Source: Klebsormidium nitens (lineage: Eukaryota; Plantae; Klebsormidiophyceae). Taken from it: a stretch of 64,000 nt of DNA. Position numbers and translations under genes: made by a program. The stretch is taken from contig DF236976.1 in the NCBI GenBank assembly GCA_000708835.1, positions 1 through 64,000 of the forward strand. The letters are read 5' to 3'. The notes under the pieces were generated by a model. The model saw only the letters and a list, made by a program, of their open reading frames with translations, had not been told where the DNA came from and did not search any database. Positions 9,681 to 21,323 of the stretch are shown here, one piece after another (position 1 is the first letter of the stretch; each line of letters starts with the position of its first letter).

Positions 9681-12600
9681 CTACTCCTCGTCCATGAGGT
9701 CGTCCATATCGTCCAGTCTCATCTTCTTGACCGCCTTGGCAGAACCCCCCGTGCTCGCCTTCACCATATTGTTCTTGTTCTTCTCCGCCGCACTCCCCAC
9801 TCCGCCGTCCTTTCTAACGGTGAAGTGCAGCTGGTTGCCCCCGGGTGCCACGTCGATGTAGACGGTGGAGTTCTCGTCGATCTTGCCCTGCACCAGCATC
9901 TTGGACAGCTCCGTCACCACCTTGCGCTCCAGGTAGCGCCGCAGCGGCCGCGCGCCGAACGCGGGGTCGTACGCCTCCTGCAGAGAATGAAAGAGCGGGC
10001 GTCAAAGGAAATTTTTTGCTGGTGGTTGAATGTTTAGAGAAAGCTCAGACGTTCCAAATGGAAGAGCCGACTCAAAAGAAGTCTCAGCCTTTTGGGGAGA
10101 TGCGACGGACAAAAGAAACTGACTAGCCAGAGCTTCTGCTCCAAAATTCTTCGAACAGATGCTGGCTCCACATTCTCAGACGCCCACGCTTTCAGACGCC
10201 CACGCTGACACCTACATAAGCAACACCCGCAGGGTGACAAACGAAAGACACCAGTACTTCTGTCAGCAGCAAGACAACCCTAGAAGCAAAGATCTGAATC
10301 ACAAACGGTTGATGATAGCTGAGGCTCCCGTAAGCGTCCTCCCTCAACTTTCCAACATCAAGTCCCAAAAGACATCAAAGATACACGTATGAGACCCTGA
10401 GCTCTGTGGCGGCACTGAGAAAACCCACCTGCAGCACGAGGTCGAGGGCCGCGTCCGTAACGGAGAGTGCGATGCCGCGCTCCGCGAGCCTGGCCGCGAC
10501 GTCCGCCATCTGGAGGCGCGCCACCTTGCGCAGCTGGGCGTGGCTCAGCGGGGTGAACACCACGATCTCGTCCAGCCGGTTCAGCAGCTCAGGCCGGAAG
10601 TTCCGCCGGACCTGCAGCGGAAAAGAAGACATTTAGCACCAGAAGGTGGTGTATGCTGAATTTCGGAGCAGCAAACAAACAAAGACACATCGACGTTGCT
10701 GTGTGCCTGAAAGCAAAACAACGACACCTTTCTTCACCATAGTAGTACCTAAACCTGCTGCGATGGGATCACAGGATCAGTGTCCGAATGCATCAGGCGA
10801 ACAAAGAGAGTGGACACCCGAACTTTTCAGCAGATTCATCGTCGTCCTTGGGTCCAGCAGTACACTTTGTAAACCGCACCGTTCGGTTAGCGAATCCGGA
10901 TCTAAATATACCCGATGATTAGTAACAAGAGCGCCAAAGAACACGCTCCCCTTACCTCCGCCATGACCATCTCCTTGGCCTGCTTGAAGGCCGGGCTATT
11001 GGCGCTGACGTCCTGCGTCACGGACAGCGTTTGCAGCAGGTACTCCGCCCCCAGGTTGCTGGTCATGATGATCACCGTGTTGGTGAAGTCCACAGTGCGG
11101 CCCTGCCCGTCCGTCAGCCGTCCGTCGTCCAGCACCTGTCCACAAATGGATACTGCTTGAGCACCAGGCGAGGTCGGAGAAAAGTGAGATGGAAAGGAAA
11201 AGCAGTCTTTCGTTGCTCAGCGTGGGCACAATTGAGAGGATCAAAAGAGCATAACCTCTATTCGCACCCCGTCGAATTAAAGCCACACGAGGACGTCCGC
11301 TCGCCATATTTTCGGCGGCCCGCCTGCCTTCTACAACTCGTTCACCGCCTAGGGAGCCCCCAAAAAACTTGAACCTTTTTGTGCGTCTGTCAATAATCTT
11401 GTCGAGCATAAAACATTATTTTTGCCTCTCCGAAGTCCAAGAAGATCAACTAACTGAGAGTAAACTCGGTGATTCGACTGGATTGAGGGTGGACAAGCAG
11501 ATTGCAGCCCGCACGCTGGGTGGCTCACCTGCAGCAGCACGTTCCAGACGCTCTGGTGCGCCTTTTCCACCTCGTCGAACAGGATCACGCTGTACGGCCG
11601 CCGGCGCACCGTCTCCGTCAGCTGGCCGCCCTCCTCGTAACCGACGTACCCTGCAGCACCGAAGCAGGACGCGCGTCAGGATGGCATCCTAAAGGCGCTG
11701 ATTGACAGCAACGACAAGTGGATTTTAGAAATCCTGCTCACTAATGGAAGGCTGTGCCAGAGTAGTCCTAAGAGACAGCAAGTGACGTCTCGAAGTCTCG
11801 GACCATGATAGATACAGCAGAAACCGTTGGCGATAGGCGTCCGCAGCACTTCACACAAGCGACACCACAAAGGCAAAAATCATAACGCCACGTAATTCTT
11901 TGCAGTGATTAATCCCAGACCGATGTGCCTTGCCAATCTTTCAATCACGGTCCTTTTCTCGGTTGCCACTCTTGAAATGTGCTGTTCTACCTGCAATCTT
12001 TTACATTCTGCTGTCTGATCCACACAAACAGCAAACGCCCTTACCTGGCGGCGCCCCGATGAGCCGCGCGACGGAGTGTTGCTCCATGTACTCGGTCATG
12101 TCGATGCGCACGAGCTGCTTCTCGTCGTCGAACAACTCCTCCGCGAGCGCCTTGGCCAGCTCCGTCTTGCCCACGCCCGTCGGGCCCAGGAACAAAAACG
12201 ACCCCGTCGGCTGCTGCGCCCGGCTCAGCCCCGCGCGGCTGCGCAGCACCGCCTGCGCCACCGCCTCCACCGCCTCGTCCTGGCCCACCACGCGCGCGTG
12301 CAGCCTGCGGAGAAGAAAAGAAGGTGACGTCAGCGGTAGGCTCGATGCTTCCGATTACAAGCGTTCATCTGCGGGCAGAACGAAGCCCAAAGCGCTCGAC
12401 GACGTTGTCTCGAGAGAATCGGAGGAAAGCCCAACCGAAGATGACCTACGGAGAAAGCAAGCGCGGCTGCTTCAATCAACTTGCGGAGTCAAACCTGAAG
12501 GGGCGTCGAGAAGCCAGGACCTTGAAAAGCTGGACGTGAATTGCCCAGCAAGGCCACAGAGGCTGGAATAGAAGGAACTACGGAGAGAGTCGGTATCGGG

Positions 12601-15600
12601 TGCCTGAGATACTCGATACGTACCTCTGCGCGAGCGACATGAGCCGTTCCTTGTCGGCCTGGCAGAGCCGCGTGACGGGGATGCCGGTCCAGCGCGAGAC
12701 CACCTCCGCGATGTCGTCCGGCCCCACCACCTCCTTCAGCATCCGGCTGCCCTCCTTCTGGAACTCGCCCTGCGGAACGGAAACGGAACGGAAAGTAAGC
12801 GGAATTGTTGTCTTAACACGCAGGAGCCCAAAAAAAGAACCAAGCAAGCAGTTGTGAACGAACAAAATACACAAATTGGTTACAGACGAGCTTTACAAAC
12901 GTGGGCACTGTAAGGGGCACCGGACACGGTATTTCAGATAATGGTAAAGCCCTCAAAGCGGTGCTACCAGGAAAGTGATATTGACCGGCGGTACAAAGCG
13001 CCGTTGGACAAACAACGGGTGCTCAGACCATCTTCTCCATAAAAGGATTTGAAAACAATGCCAGAGTCTTTTTTCAAATGAAAATAAACAAAACCCAGGG
13101 TTTACGCCAAGGCCAGACTTGTGCACTAATATATCTGTGATATTAAGAACACGGTTTTTTTAGAATAGAGAACTCAAATGATGAATCAATTTCCCATGAA
13201 TTAAATGGGAAAAGGTGCTATTCCACACAGGCTGCAGGAGTCGACACAGCCTTAACCGACATCTTCCCACTGTAAGCAACCATGCAAACGCGCTCCACCT
13301 ACCTCGAGCTTCTTGAGCGTATCCTCGATCTCCTGCAGCGCGCCGTACTTGAGGTCCGCGGCGCGCGCCAGGTCGTAGCGGCTCTCGGCCTCCTGGACGA
13401 GGCGGCGCACTTCCTCCTGCTTCTGGCGCAGACGCCGGATCTCATCCACGCGCGCCTTCTCCGCGCGGTACCGCATCACCAGCGGCTGCAGCTTGTCCTG
13501 GATCGCCTGCGCAGAACAGGAGCAGATATCACTTGAGTTGAGAGCCCAGGTGTATGAAGGGAAGTTATGCAGGAACGTGCGACAGCTTCAACAGCTGTGA
13601 CCCTAACACGAATACAAACTAAGACGGAACGTTGGGACATCGGAGCCGGACACTAAAGAGGTGGTTGCATTGGTAGAATAAATCAGGGCCAAAAAGTAAG
13701 TCGTTCTTTGGACGAGAATGCACAGCGGGTCTCTATTATTACAGGAAGAGGAAGTCGACACTTACCGCCAGCTCAGCCTTGACTTCTTCCAGCCTCTGCC
13801 TGCTCGCCTTATCATCCTTCTCCTTCTCCAGCGCGTGCATCTCAATCTGCATAGCAGGAAAGAAGCAGCTCAGGCATCTACTCTCGATAAAGTCCCACCA
13901 ACAGGCCTCACAAAATAATTAAGCGTCAGCAATTCGAATACGAATTTGAAGCAGACTCGCTTGACGGAGGAGCTTACTGTCGACGCGCAAACCGGTTCCC
14001 ACCTCCCGCCACTTTTCACATTTTGTCGGCCTTCTTCAGAGACGCTTGAAAGCATAATTGAGACTCTTCTGAGTGAACCACTCGTCAAAAGGTTTGGCTC
14101 ACCTCCAGCTGCATCTTGCGCCGCTCTAATTTGTCAATCTCCTCGGGCTGGCTGTCCAGCTGCACGCGCACGTTGGCGCACGCCTCGTCCACCAGGTCGA
14201 TGGCCTTATCCGGCAGGAAGCGGTCTGCACGCAACCGGATGACGTCAGCACCACCTCAGCAAGCCGTTAGCGGAACATTCAACCATCTGACGCCGGAAGT
14301 ACGCCCTCGACGCACTAATCAGAGCTTTCGAAGCGAGGCTCGCCTATCATGCACACAGGGCCTCCAAAGCGCTTCGTTAAGCACAAAAGAAACACGAAGA
14401 AGTTCTGACCTTCACAAGCTAAACAGGGCCTACTCACCGGTGATGTAGCGTGCACTGAGCTGGGCCGCGACGACGAGGGCCCTGTCGAGGATGCGGACGC
14501 CGTGGTGCGACTCGTACTTCTCCTTAAGGCCGCGCAGAATGCTGATCGTGTCTTCCACGCTCGGCTCCTTCACCAGCACCTGCCACGTCACAACAGCGCG
14601 TGAGCAACACGGGGACGGGCCAAAGTGCTTGAGAGCGGGCTTCTGCCAGAAGCGAAGAATCTGGCTTGCCTCTTGCTATGAAAACGAAGCTACTGCGCCC
14701 AAAAAACAGGAGCATCGGACATTGACAGTCACGGTCAGCCCACAGCCGATGTGAAGCTAACGGGCAAAGAGAGCGGACCAGAAATGAACGCATTGCTTCT
14801 CTTCAGCAACCTGTCGCGCAATATACACTCAGGTGAATGCCTCGTGGTAGTATCCCTATCCCCACACTTGAAGGATCCTGAGTTCCAGTGCAGCAATTGC
14901 ACTTCTTATGCACTTTACGAAGGGAGACCCAGTGAGACCCCTACGGAACGACTTCCAACCAGAAGATGGTGAACCGCACCTGTTGGAAGCGGCGCTCGAA
15001 GGCTGCGTCCTTCTCGACGTACTTGCGGTATTCGTCCAGAGTGGTCGCCCCCACGCAGCGCAGCTGGCCCCGTGCCAGCATGGGCTTCAGCAGATTCGCG
15101 GCGTCCATAGAACCCTCCGTCTTGCCCGCGCCCAGAACCAGGTGAATCTCATCGATAAATAGGATTCTGCGGAAAGGCAAACATGTTCGTGGTTGGAAGT
15201 CAGCGGAAGACGCAAAATCCTTGAAACACACTCTCATGACTCTTACTGAAAAAGAAATTTGGACTTTGGCCATGCGAAAACAGCCAGATTCAATGCATCA
15301 TGAGACAGCACGGAAACAGGAAAGCAAGTTTCAGGCACAACTTAATACTACAAATGTGCCAGATGAGCGGACCGAACGAATACGCACGCCCCTAACGAAT
15401 CCAAGTTTGCTTGAAGCAACATCGAACTTTAGCATACGATCCACCGCGAATGCTAATCCTGTACATAACCTTGTCAGCGTCAGGGCAGCGCAACAATGAA
15501 GAGTCCGAACTCACATCTTGCCATCCGAGTCGGTAACCTCCTTGAGCACCGCCTTGAGGCGCTCCTCGAACTCTCCCCGGTACTTGGCCCCTGCGATAAG

Positions 15601-17720
15601 CGACCCCATGTCGAGAGCGATGATGCGCACCTGCGCCAGGTTGCTGGGGACGTCCCCCCGCACGATCCGCTGTGCGATGCCTTCTACGATGGCCGTCTTG
15701 CCGACACCAGGGTCACCGATCAGCACAGGGTTGTTCTGCACGAGAAATGTGTGGGTTCAGACATGTCTGCCAAGAGGAACGGTCCGCCCGTAAGAACGAA
15801 AGTTGATCACAATCTTGGTTGAGATGTTTAGGTAGTCGTCTTTCGAACTAAATGATCCAAAAGAAGCTTGACGAAGGGAACGAGGAAAGGCAGTAGACGA
15901 ATCAAACCGAGGAAAAGCACCTTCGATTGCAAACGGACGACTCCAAGGAGGGATCCAGAAAACTTGGCCAAATGTCTCCAATTTAGGTTCGGTTGCGCAT
16001 TAGTTTCCAAGACAAATTGAGGTACTCTTGGTGGTGATTTGCAATGACGAAGAGAGACTCAGTCTTCGGCACCTTACCTTTGTTCTCCTGGACAGGATCC
16101 TGATGACACGCCTGATCTCCTCATCGCGCCCAATCACAGGGTCCAGGCGGCCTTGCTGAGCCTCCTCCACCAGGTCCCGCCCGTAGTTTTTGAGCGCCTC
16201 AAACGTCTGGTCTCCCATGGGGTTGGTCACTTTCTTGGCGCCTTGGCCCCCACCATCCTTTCCCCTGAGCGCTGAGAGGGCATCCCTCACTTTGGCAATG
16301 TTCACATTTGCCTGCTTGAGTGCATCAGCCACCTGCAATCCAGATGAAGTGTCAACAACGCAAAAGCTTGTCAATGTTGGTTGCTGTCACAAATACTGCG
16401 AGATGCTGCAAACCTACAGCGTAATAATCTGTCACTCTCTCTTAGAGATATATGGATCCAAAAACTTAATCAGCATGCGCTCTAAACATGAGCTGAAAGG
16501 TGCGAGAGTTCAACAATCCTCTGACAAGATTTTTGTTTTAACAAAAGCTGAGACTGGAATGTAGCTTTTCTACAATTCTCAGGAGTGATTCTTTTGTTAT
16601 CTGCCCCAAACTTCATCGTACAATGCACCCCTTCATCTGTCGCTCTGTTGAGTGCTTCCTTGACTTTGTTTTGACCACTCTTGACATGAAGTGAGTGCTT
16701 CATTGGTTTTCTTTTGTACCACTGTTTGCAAAGTTTACACTGCCATCAGAAATGCATTCTCACCTGTGAGTCCTCGAGCATGCCCAGCAGCAAGGAATCA
16801 ACAGCCAGGTACAAGTCCCCATGATCCTTCTGGAACTTCTGGGCCCGTTTCAAGGCTTTCACCAGAGCTGTGCTGGCAGTGATCTGCGCATGACGAGACA
16901 TTAGATTGGTGAACAGCGTAACCATCTCAAAAACAGGCCAAAGTCAATCCAAAATGCTGATTAGTCTCAATGTGATCTCTGACGTTGTGTTTAAGCAACA
17001 TGGTGGTGTAAGACAAGACGGTGGTTTGACAACATGCAGCTGTCATAATTACTTTTACGAGGCATGCATGAGGTGCCATGCGCCTCAAATGCAATCAACG
17101 CTCCACTCGTGGCTGGTTTGCCATCGCTGAATCAAATAAGGCTATCAGGAAGTCTATTGCAATAATGGTGGTACTAAGTGCTTTAGAAATCTTTGCGGAC
17201 ACAAACGGAAAACAGGAATAAGGAATTTTTAAAAGTAGTACATATTGCAGTCAGAGCAGAGACCCAGCAATTGCGGGTGTCAGCTGACGAGGTTCTCAAT
17301 GCTAAGATTATTGACAGGCTCCCTACCACCATGTAGACAAAGCCTATTTTTGAAAAGACAATTGCATGCACGATCTCATGATCACCATATTTAACTTTCA
17401 ACAGAAATGTCATTGGAATCAACCTCTGGACTAAACTTTCAATGATAGACTACTGAATTCTTTCTTACCTCGTCTGGAGCGGGGCTTTGAGAGGGCTGCT
17501 TAGCAAGGATGTTTTTGAGAGACTGCTCGACAGCCTCGACCGCTCCTGCATCCGCTCCAGCGGCCTGGGCTACTGCTTGTCGAGCTAATCCATTGGGATC
17601 CCTCAAGAGTGTCAAGAACACATGAGCCGGCAGCATCTGTGCATGGCCCATCTGCTCCGCGATCTCGCGTGCTGCCGACAGGGCTTCATTTGTCTTGTGC
17701 GTGAACGTCTCTGGATTCAT
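9681..17720 (-). CDS. HSP101: Cytosolic heat-shock protein 101 / ClpB AAA+ disaggregase (~923 aa, 15 exons)
   Basis: Exons 17720-17469, 16883-16764, 16332-16078, 15735-15515, 15166-14980, 14579-14438, 14224-14103, 13846-13766, 13506-13303, 12769-12624, 12304-12045, 11650-11529, 11135-10956, 10611-10429, 9977-9681 join in frame. Walker A motifs GDPGVGKT and GPTGVGKT, Walker B LFIDEIH and LFDEVEK, and an M-domain coiled coil are present. It starts [14 protein letters not shown] with no transit peptide and ends in a plant HSP101-type AVKKMR plus acidic tail. Confidence 0.97.
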
Positions 17721-17941
17721 CTTGCCTGAAAATGTTGTGGGTGATGCTGATGGTTTCTAAAAGAGCTTTGGAAGTGGAAACTGCTTTGTTGGAAGCAAAC
17801 GGATGAATTATCACTGCTGAAAGCTGCTCCTTTTCTGCGTGCTTACAGCTTTACTTCAGCTAGTAGTGGCGCCAAGCCGCGACTTTGCACTAGAGCACTG
17901 CATTATTGAGCAAGCAGCAAAAGCAGCTGCGACTCCGAAAT

Positions 17942-18005
17942 CTTCTAGAAGCTTTTTGCCAAGTTGGACACTTTTTCGAGCTTCTCGGACAATCGCGAAC
18001 GTTCA
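17942..18005. promoter_or_regulatory. Heat-shock elements (inverted nGAAn arrays) upstream of HSP101
   Basis: cTTCtaGAAgcTTT (17942-17955; 3 units, 1 mismatch) and TTCtcGGAcaATCgcGAAcgTTC (17982-18004; 5 in-phase units, 2 single mismatches), about 220-285 bp upstream of the HSP101 ATG. Confidence 0.75.
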
Positions 18006-18280
18006 ATCTTGGGTTTTGGACGTTACCAGCCGTCCAATATCCTAACCCGTCCGACTCCAATGCCGACGCAATCATTGTCGCACTGCCAAGTGTCGATCAA
18101 TGAAGGTGTCTTTTGCCACACGCTGGCTCCGATATGTGGCTCAGAAAAGTCAGGTTATCTGGTTTACCAGCGAGGTCATGGGTTTGCTGTAACCCAGGGG
18201 CCAGTGGCAGGGGGGCACGTTCCTTGCTCGAGTCCTCTCTTCAAAATTTGAATCACGTACAGAGTTCACATTCAACATTT

Positions 18281-18293
18281 CAAGCTTCTTGAA
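18281..18293. promoter_or_regulatory. HSE-like block just upstream of the FBPase start codon
   Basis: CAAgcTTCttGAA (3 in-phase units, 1 mismatch), about 50 bp before ATG 18344. Confidence 0.35.
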
Positions 18294-18343
18294 GCCAGAG
18301 AACCAATTTGAAACTGGGAGCGCATTCTAAAGGGTCCGTAGCC

Positions 18344-21323
18344 ATGGAGCACTCTGATCAGCTGAAGAATACAGATTTGATGACCTTGACAAGATTTATT
18401 CTCAATGAGCAGCACAAGTACCCCGAGGCGACTGGAGATCTTACGATTCTGTTGAATCACATTGCACTTGGCTGCAAGTTTGTCCAGTCTGCGGTCAACA
18501 AAGCAGGGCTTGCAAAACTCATTGGGCTTGCTGGTGAACAGAATGTGCAGGTGAATACCGCCCATGGGTTTGGGTGGTCCTTCATTCTCACTGTACATCT
18601 GGGACAGGTTGCTCTTGTGTAGACCTAGATCAACACGGTGTTGTTTGACAATGTTGTCATCTTTTTGGGATTTCCTGTCACATTGGGGTCCCTCCTCGCA
18701 TGCAACGGTTGCACACTCTATGGATTTTAAGCTTTCGGAAAGTTTTTGCTTGTATTGGTACATTGAAAATCATGCTTAGGGTGGCTTGACACTGCTGGAC
18801 GCCAGGTCCTGCTCGGTTCTTGATGTACCTTAAGAACAGTTTGAATGGATTTACTGCTTGAAGACCCACACATGGTGATCTGCTTCGCTGCATTGTGTCG
18901 AATATGCTCATCGTTCTCAAACGGCTTTCCAAAAAGTTGACTTGTTGCTGCATTAGGGTTTCAGAGATTCCGTTCATGTGACAGGTCGAATTGTCCAAAG
19001 GACCCTGTCGTCTTTTCTGGGAAACTTTGTAATCACTATCAAGCTCCATTTGGTCTGGGCCACTCTTATCTGCCTCCATTTGTTTTCAGGGAGAGGACCA
19101 GAAGAAGCTCGATGTCTTGTCGAACGACGTTTTCATCAAGGCGCTCACGAGCAGTGGAAGGACCCGGGTGTTGGTTTCGGAGGAGAACGAGGACGCTATT
19201 CTGATTGAGAAGGGGAAGAGGGGCAGGTATGCAAGAGCTCGTCGTCTGAATATTCCTCGTCGATGCCTCAAACCACCACTCTGCTGGCCTTGGCAAGATA
19301 CTTATTGGTTCAGGAAACACTGTTTATATTGGTGCATTCTAAACAGATTGATCAACAAGGACACCGTAGGATAGGTGTGCAAGTTCCAAAGCAGGACTCT
19401 GCTCAATGCAGGCCTCCTGACAGTGTGAAAGACTGTGGTATGTGATGGTTGATGGGGATTGGAACTGATTTGGAGCATGTTTGTTGATTATCTTCAGGTA
19501 TTGTGTTGTGTTCGACCCTTTAGATGGCTCGTCGAACATTGATTGTGCGGTGGCGGTCGGGACGATCTTCGGCATCTACCAGGTTACCGAGCCTGAGCGC
19601 GAGGGCAAGATCGAGGACGTGTTGCAGCCTGGAACCAAGATGGTGTCCGCAGGCTACTGCATGTATGGGAGCTCATGCGAGCTGGTGCTCACGACAGGTA
19701 TGGCATACTTAGAAACAAGGAAGGCTGCAACTGTACTGTTGAGGATACTTTTTTCCCTTTCATTCTGATGCCGTTTGAAAGAAATCGCTCTTGAAGGAAA
19801 CTGCAAGCGGAACAAGCCAAGGTTGAGACTTTTGTGAGTCTGTGAGAGTACGGAATGTATCAGTTGATAAAAGCTCACAGATGTGATTTGCTGCTTTATG
19901 AGTGCCACGTATAGTTGATCTGCTGCTCTATATGCCCCTATGGTGCTGATGAGATTGATGCCACCTCCAACCTACGATTCTGCACCATGAACGACTTCAC
20001 ATCCTGAACAGGAAAGAATCTTGAATCAATATCAGCTGTGAGCTTGAAAGTGTCCCCCTCTACCAGCTCAATTGCTTCTTGTGTGCCTTGAGCAGCTCCT
20101 TGTGTACCGTCAAATACTGGTCGTTTTTTGAAGCTGCTCTGAGTACTTCGATTTGGCAGCCTCCTTCCTACCAATTAGTATGCACTTGTTTTGTATCCAG
20201 ACCCCTCACACCTTGTGGCTCAACGCCAGAATGCGCGCTTAGGTGATCCCGTAGGCTGTCTCACATCCATTTGATCCTGTGCGTAGGAGAGGGGGTCACT
20301 GGCTTCACACTTGATCCTTCTCTCGGGGAGTTCATCTTGACTCGTGCGAACATCAAGGTAAGCGTGTTATGTTTGCAGCACCTTCTGTTAGCTCTGCTGT
20401 AATGCAGCTCGTCCAAATGTGTGGTTGCACTATTGTATTAGGCAAGTGGCGCACCTCAGAATGCTTCGGTGCCTCAGCGCTTAATTGTTGTCAATCCGTT
20501 GGTCCGAAATGAGGTATTCAGTTGAATCCTTACCTGGATAATCTGCCGTTCCGATGATATCTTTTCGTTGAATTTGCTGGTCAAATGGGGTATGGAAGCG
20601 ACGGAAATTAGCAACCGGGTATCCTGACCGGAGATGTTATCCATCTTTCTCCTGATTGCTGCTTGCACAGCTCCTCTTGTCTCAGTGACTCAGAAGTTCC
20701 AACGTGCAGATTCCGAAGGCGGGCAAAATCTACTCTGTCAACCAAGGGAACGCTGTCAACTGGGATGCGCCGACCACTGCTTACGTTGAGGCATGCCAGA
20801 AGAAGACGAAGTCGCTGCGCTACATTGGAAGGTGAGTCGGATCCCGGAACAGCTTTGTCAATCGCGAGCGGGTGCAGATTGTTGGTCAGCTGGTGGTTGA
20901 CAGCGTGCAGGCTTACAACTTCAGTAGAAAGGGCTTGACTGAGGGACGAGATTCGTCTTGGCCAAGCCACATGGTCGAAGTTTCTGAAAGTCGATTGCTG
21001 TTCTTTCAAAGTCGATTCACAACTGAAGCGTCCATTTGTTAACTTGCAGCATGGTCGCTGACGTTCACCGGACCCTACTGTACGGTGGCATCTTCTTGTA
21101 CCCCGCGGACAAGAAGAGCCCCAGCGGCAAGCTGCGTGTTCTGTACGAGTGCTTCCCCATGGCTTTCATCATGGAGCAGGCTGGCGGCCAGGCCTTCACT
21201 GGCAAGGGCAGGATGCTGGAGCTGGTGCCCACGAAACTCCACGAGCGGTCCCCCATCTTTCTCGGAAGCTACGACGATGTCGAAGACGTCAAGAAGCTGT
21301 ATGCCGAAAAGGCCTCCAGTTAA
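18344..21323 (+). CDS. cyFBP: Cytosolic fructose-1,6-bisphosphatase (class I, ~336 aa, 6 exons)
   Basis: Exons 18344-18550, 19090-19226, 19498-19697, 20287-20357, 20710-20831, 21050-21323 join in frame. Motifs [48 protein letters not shown] and GKLRVLYEC. The N-terminus TDLMTLTRF is plant cytosolic type, with no transit peptide. Confidence 0.97.
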
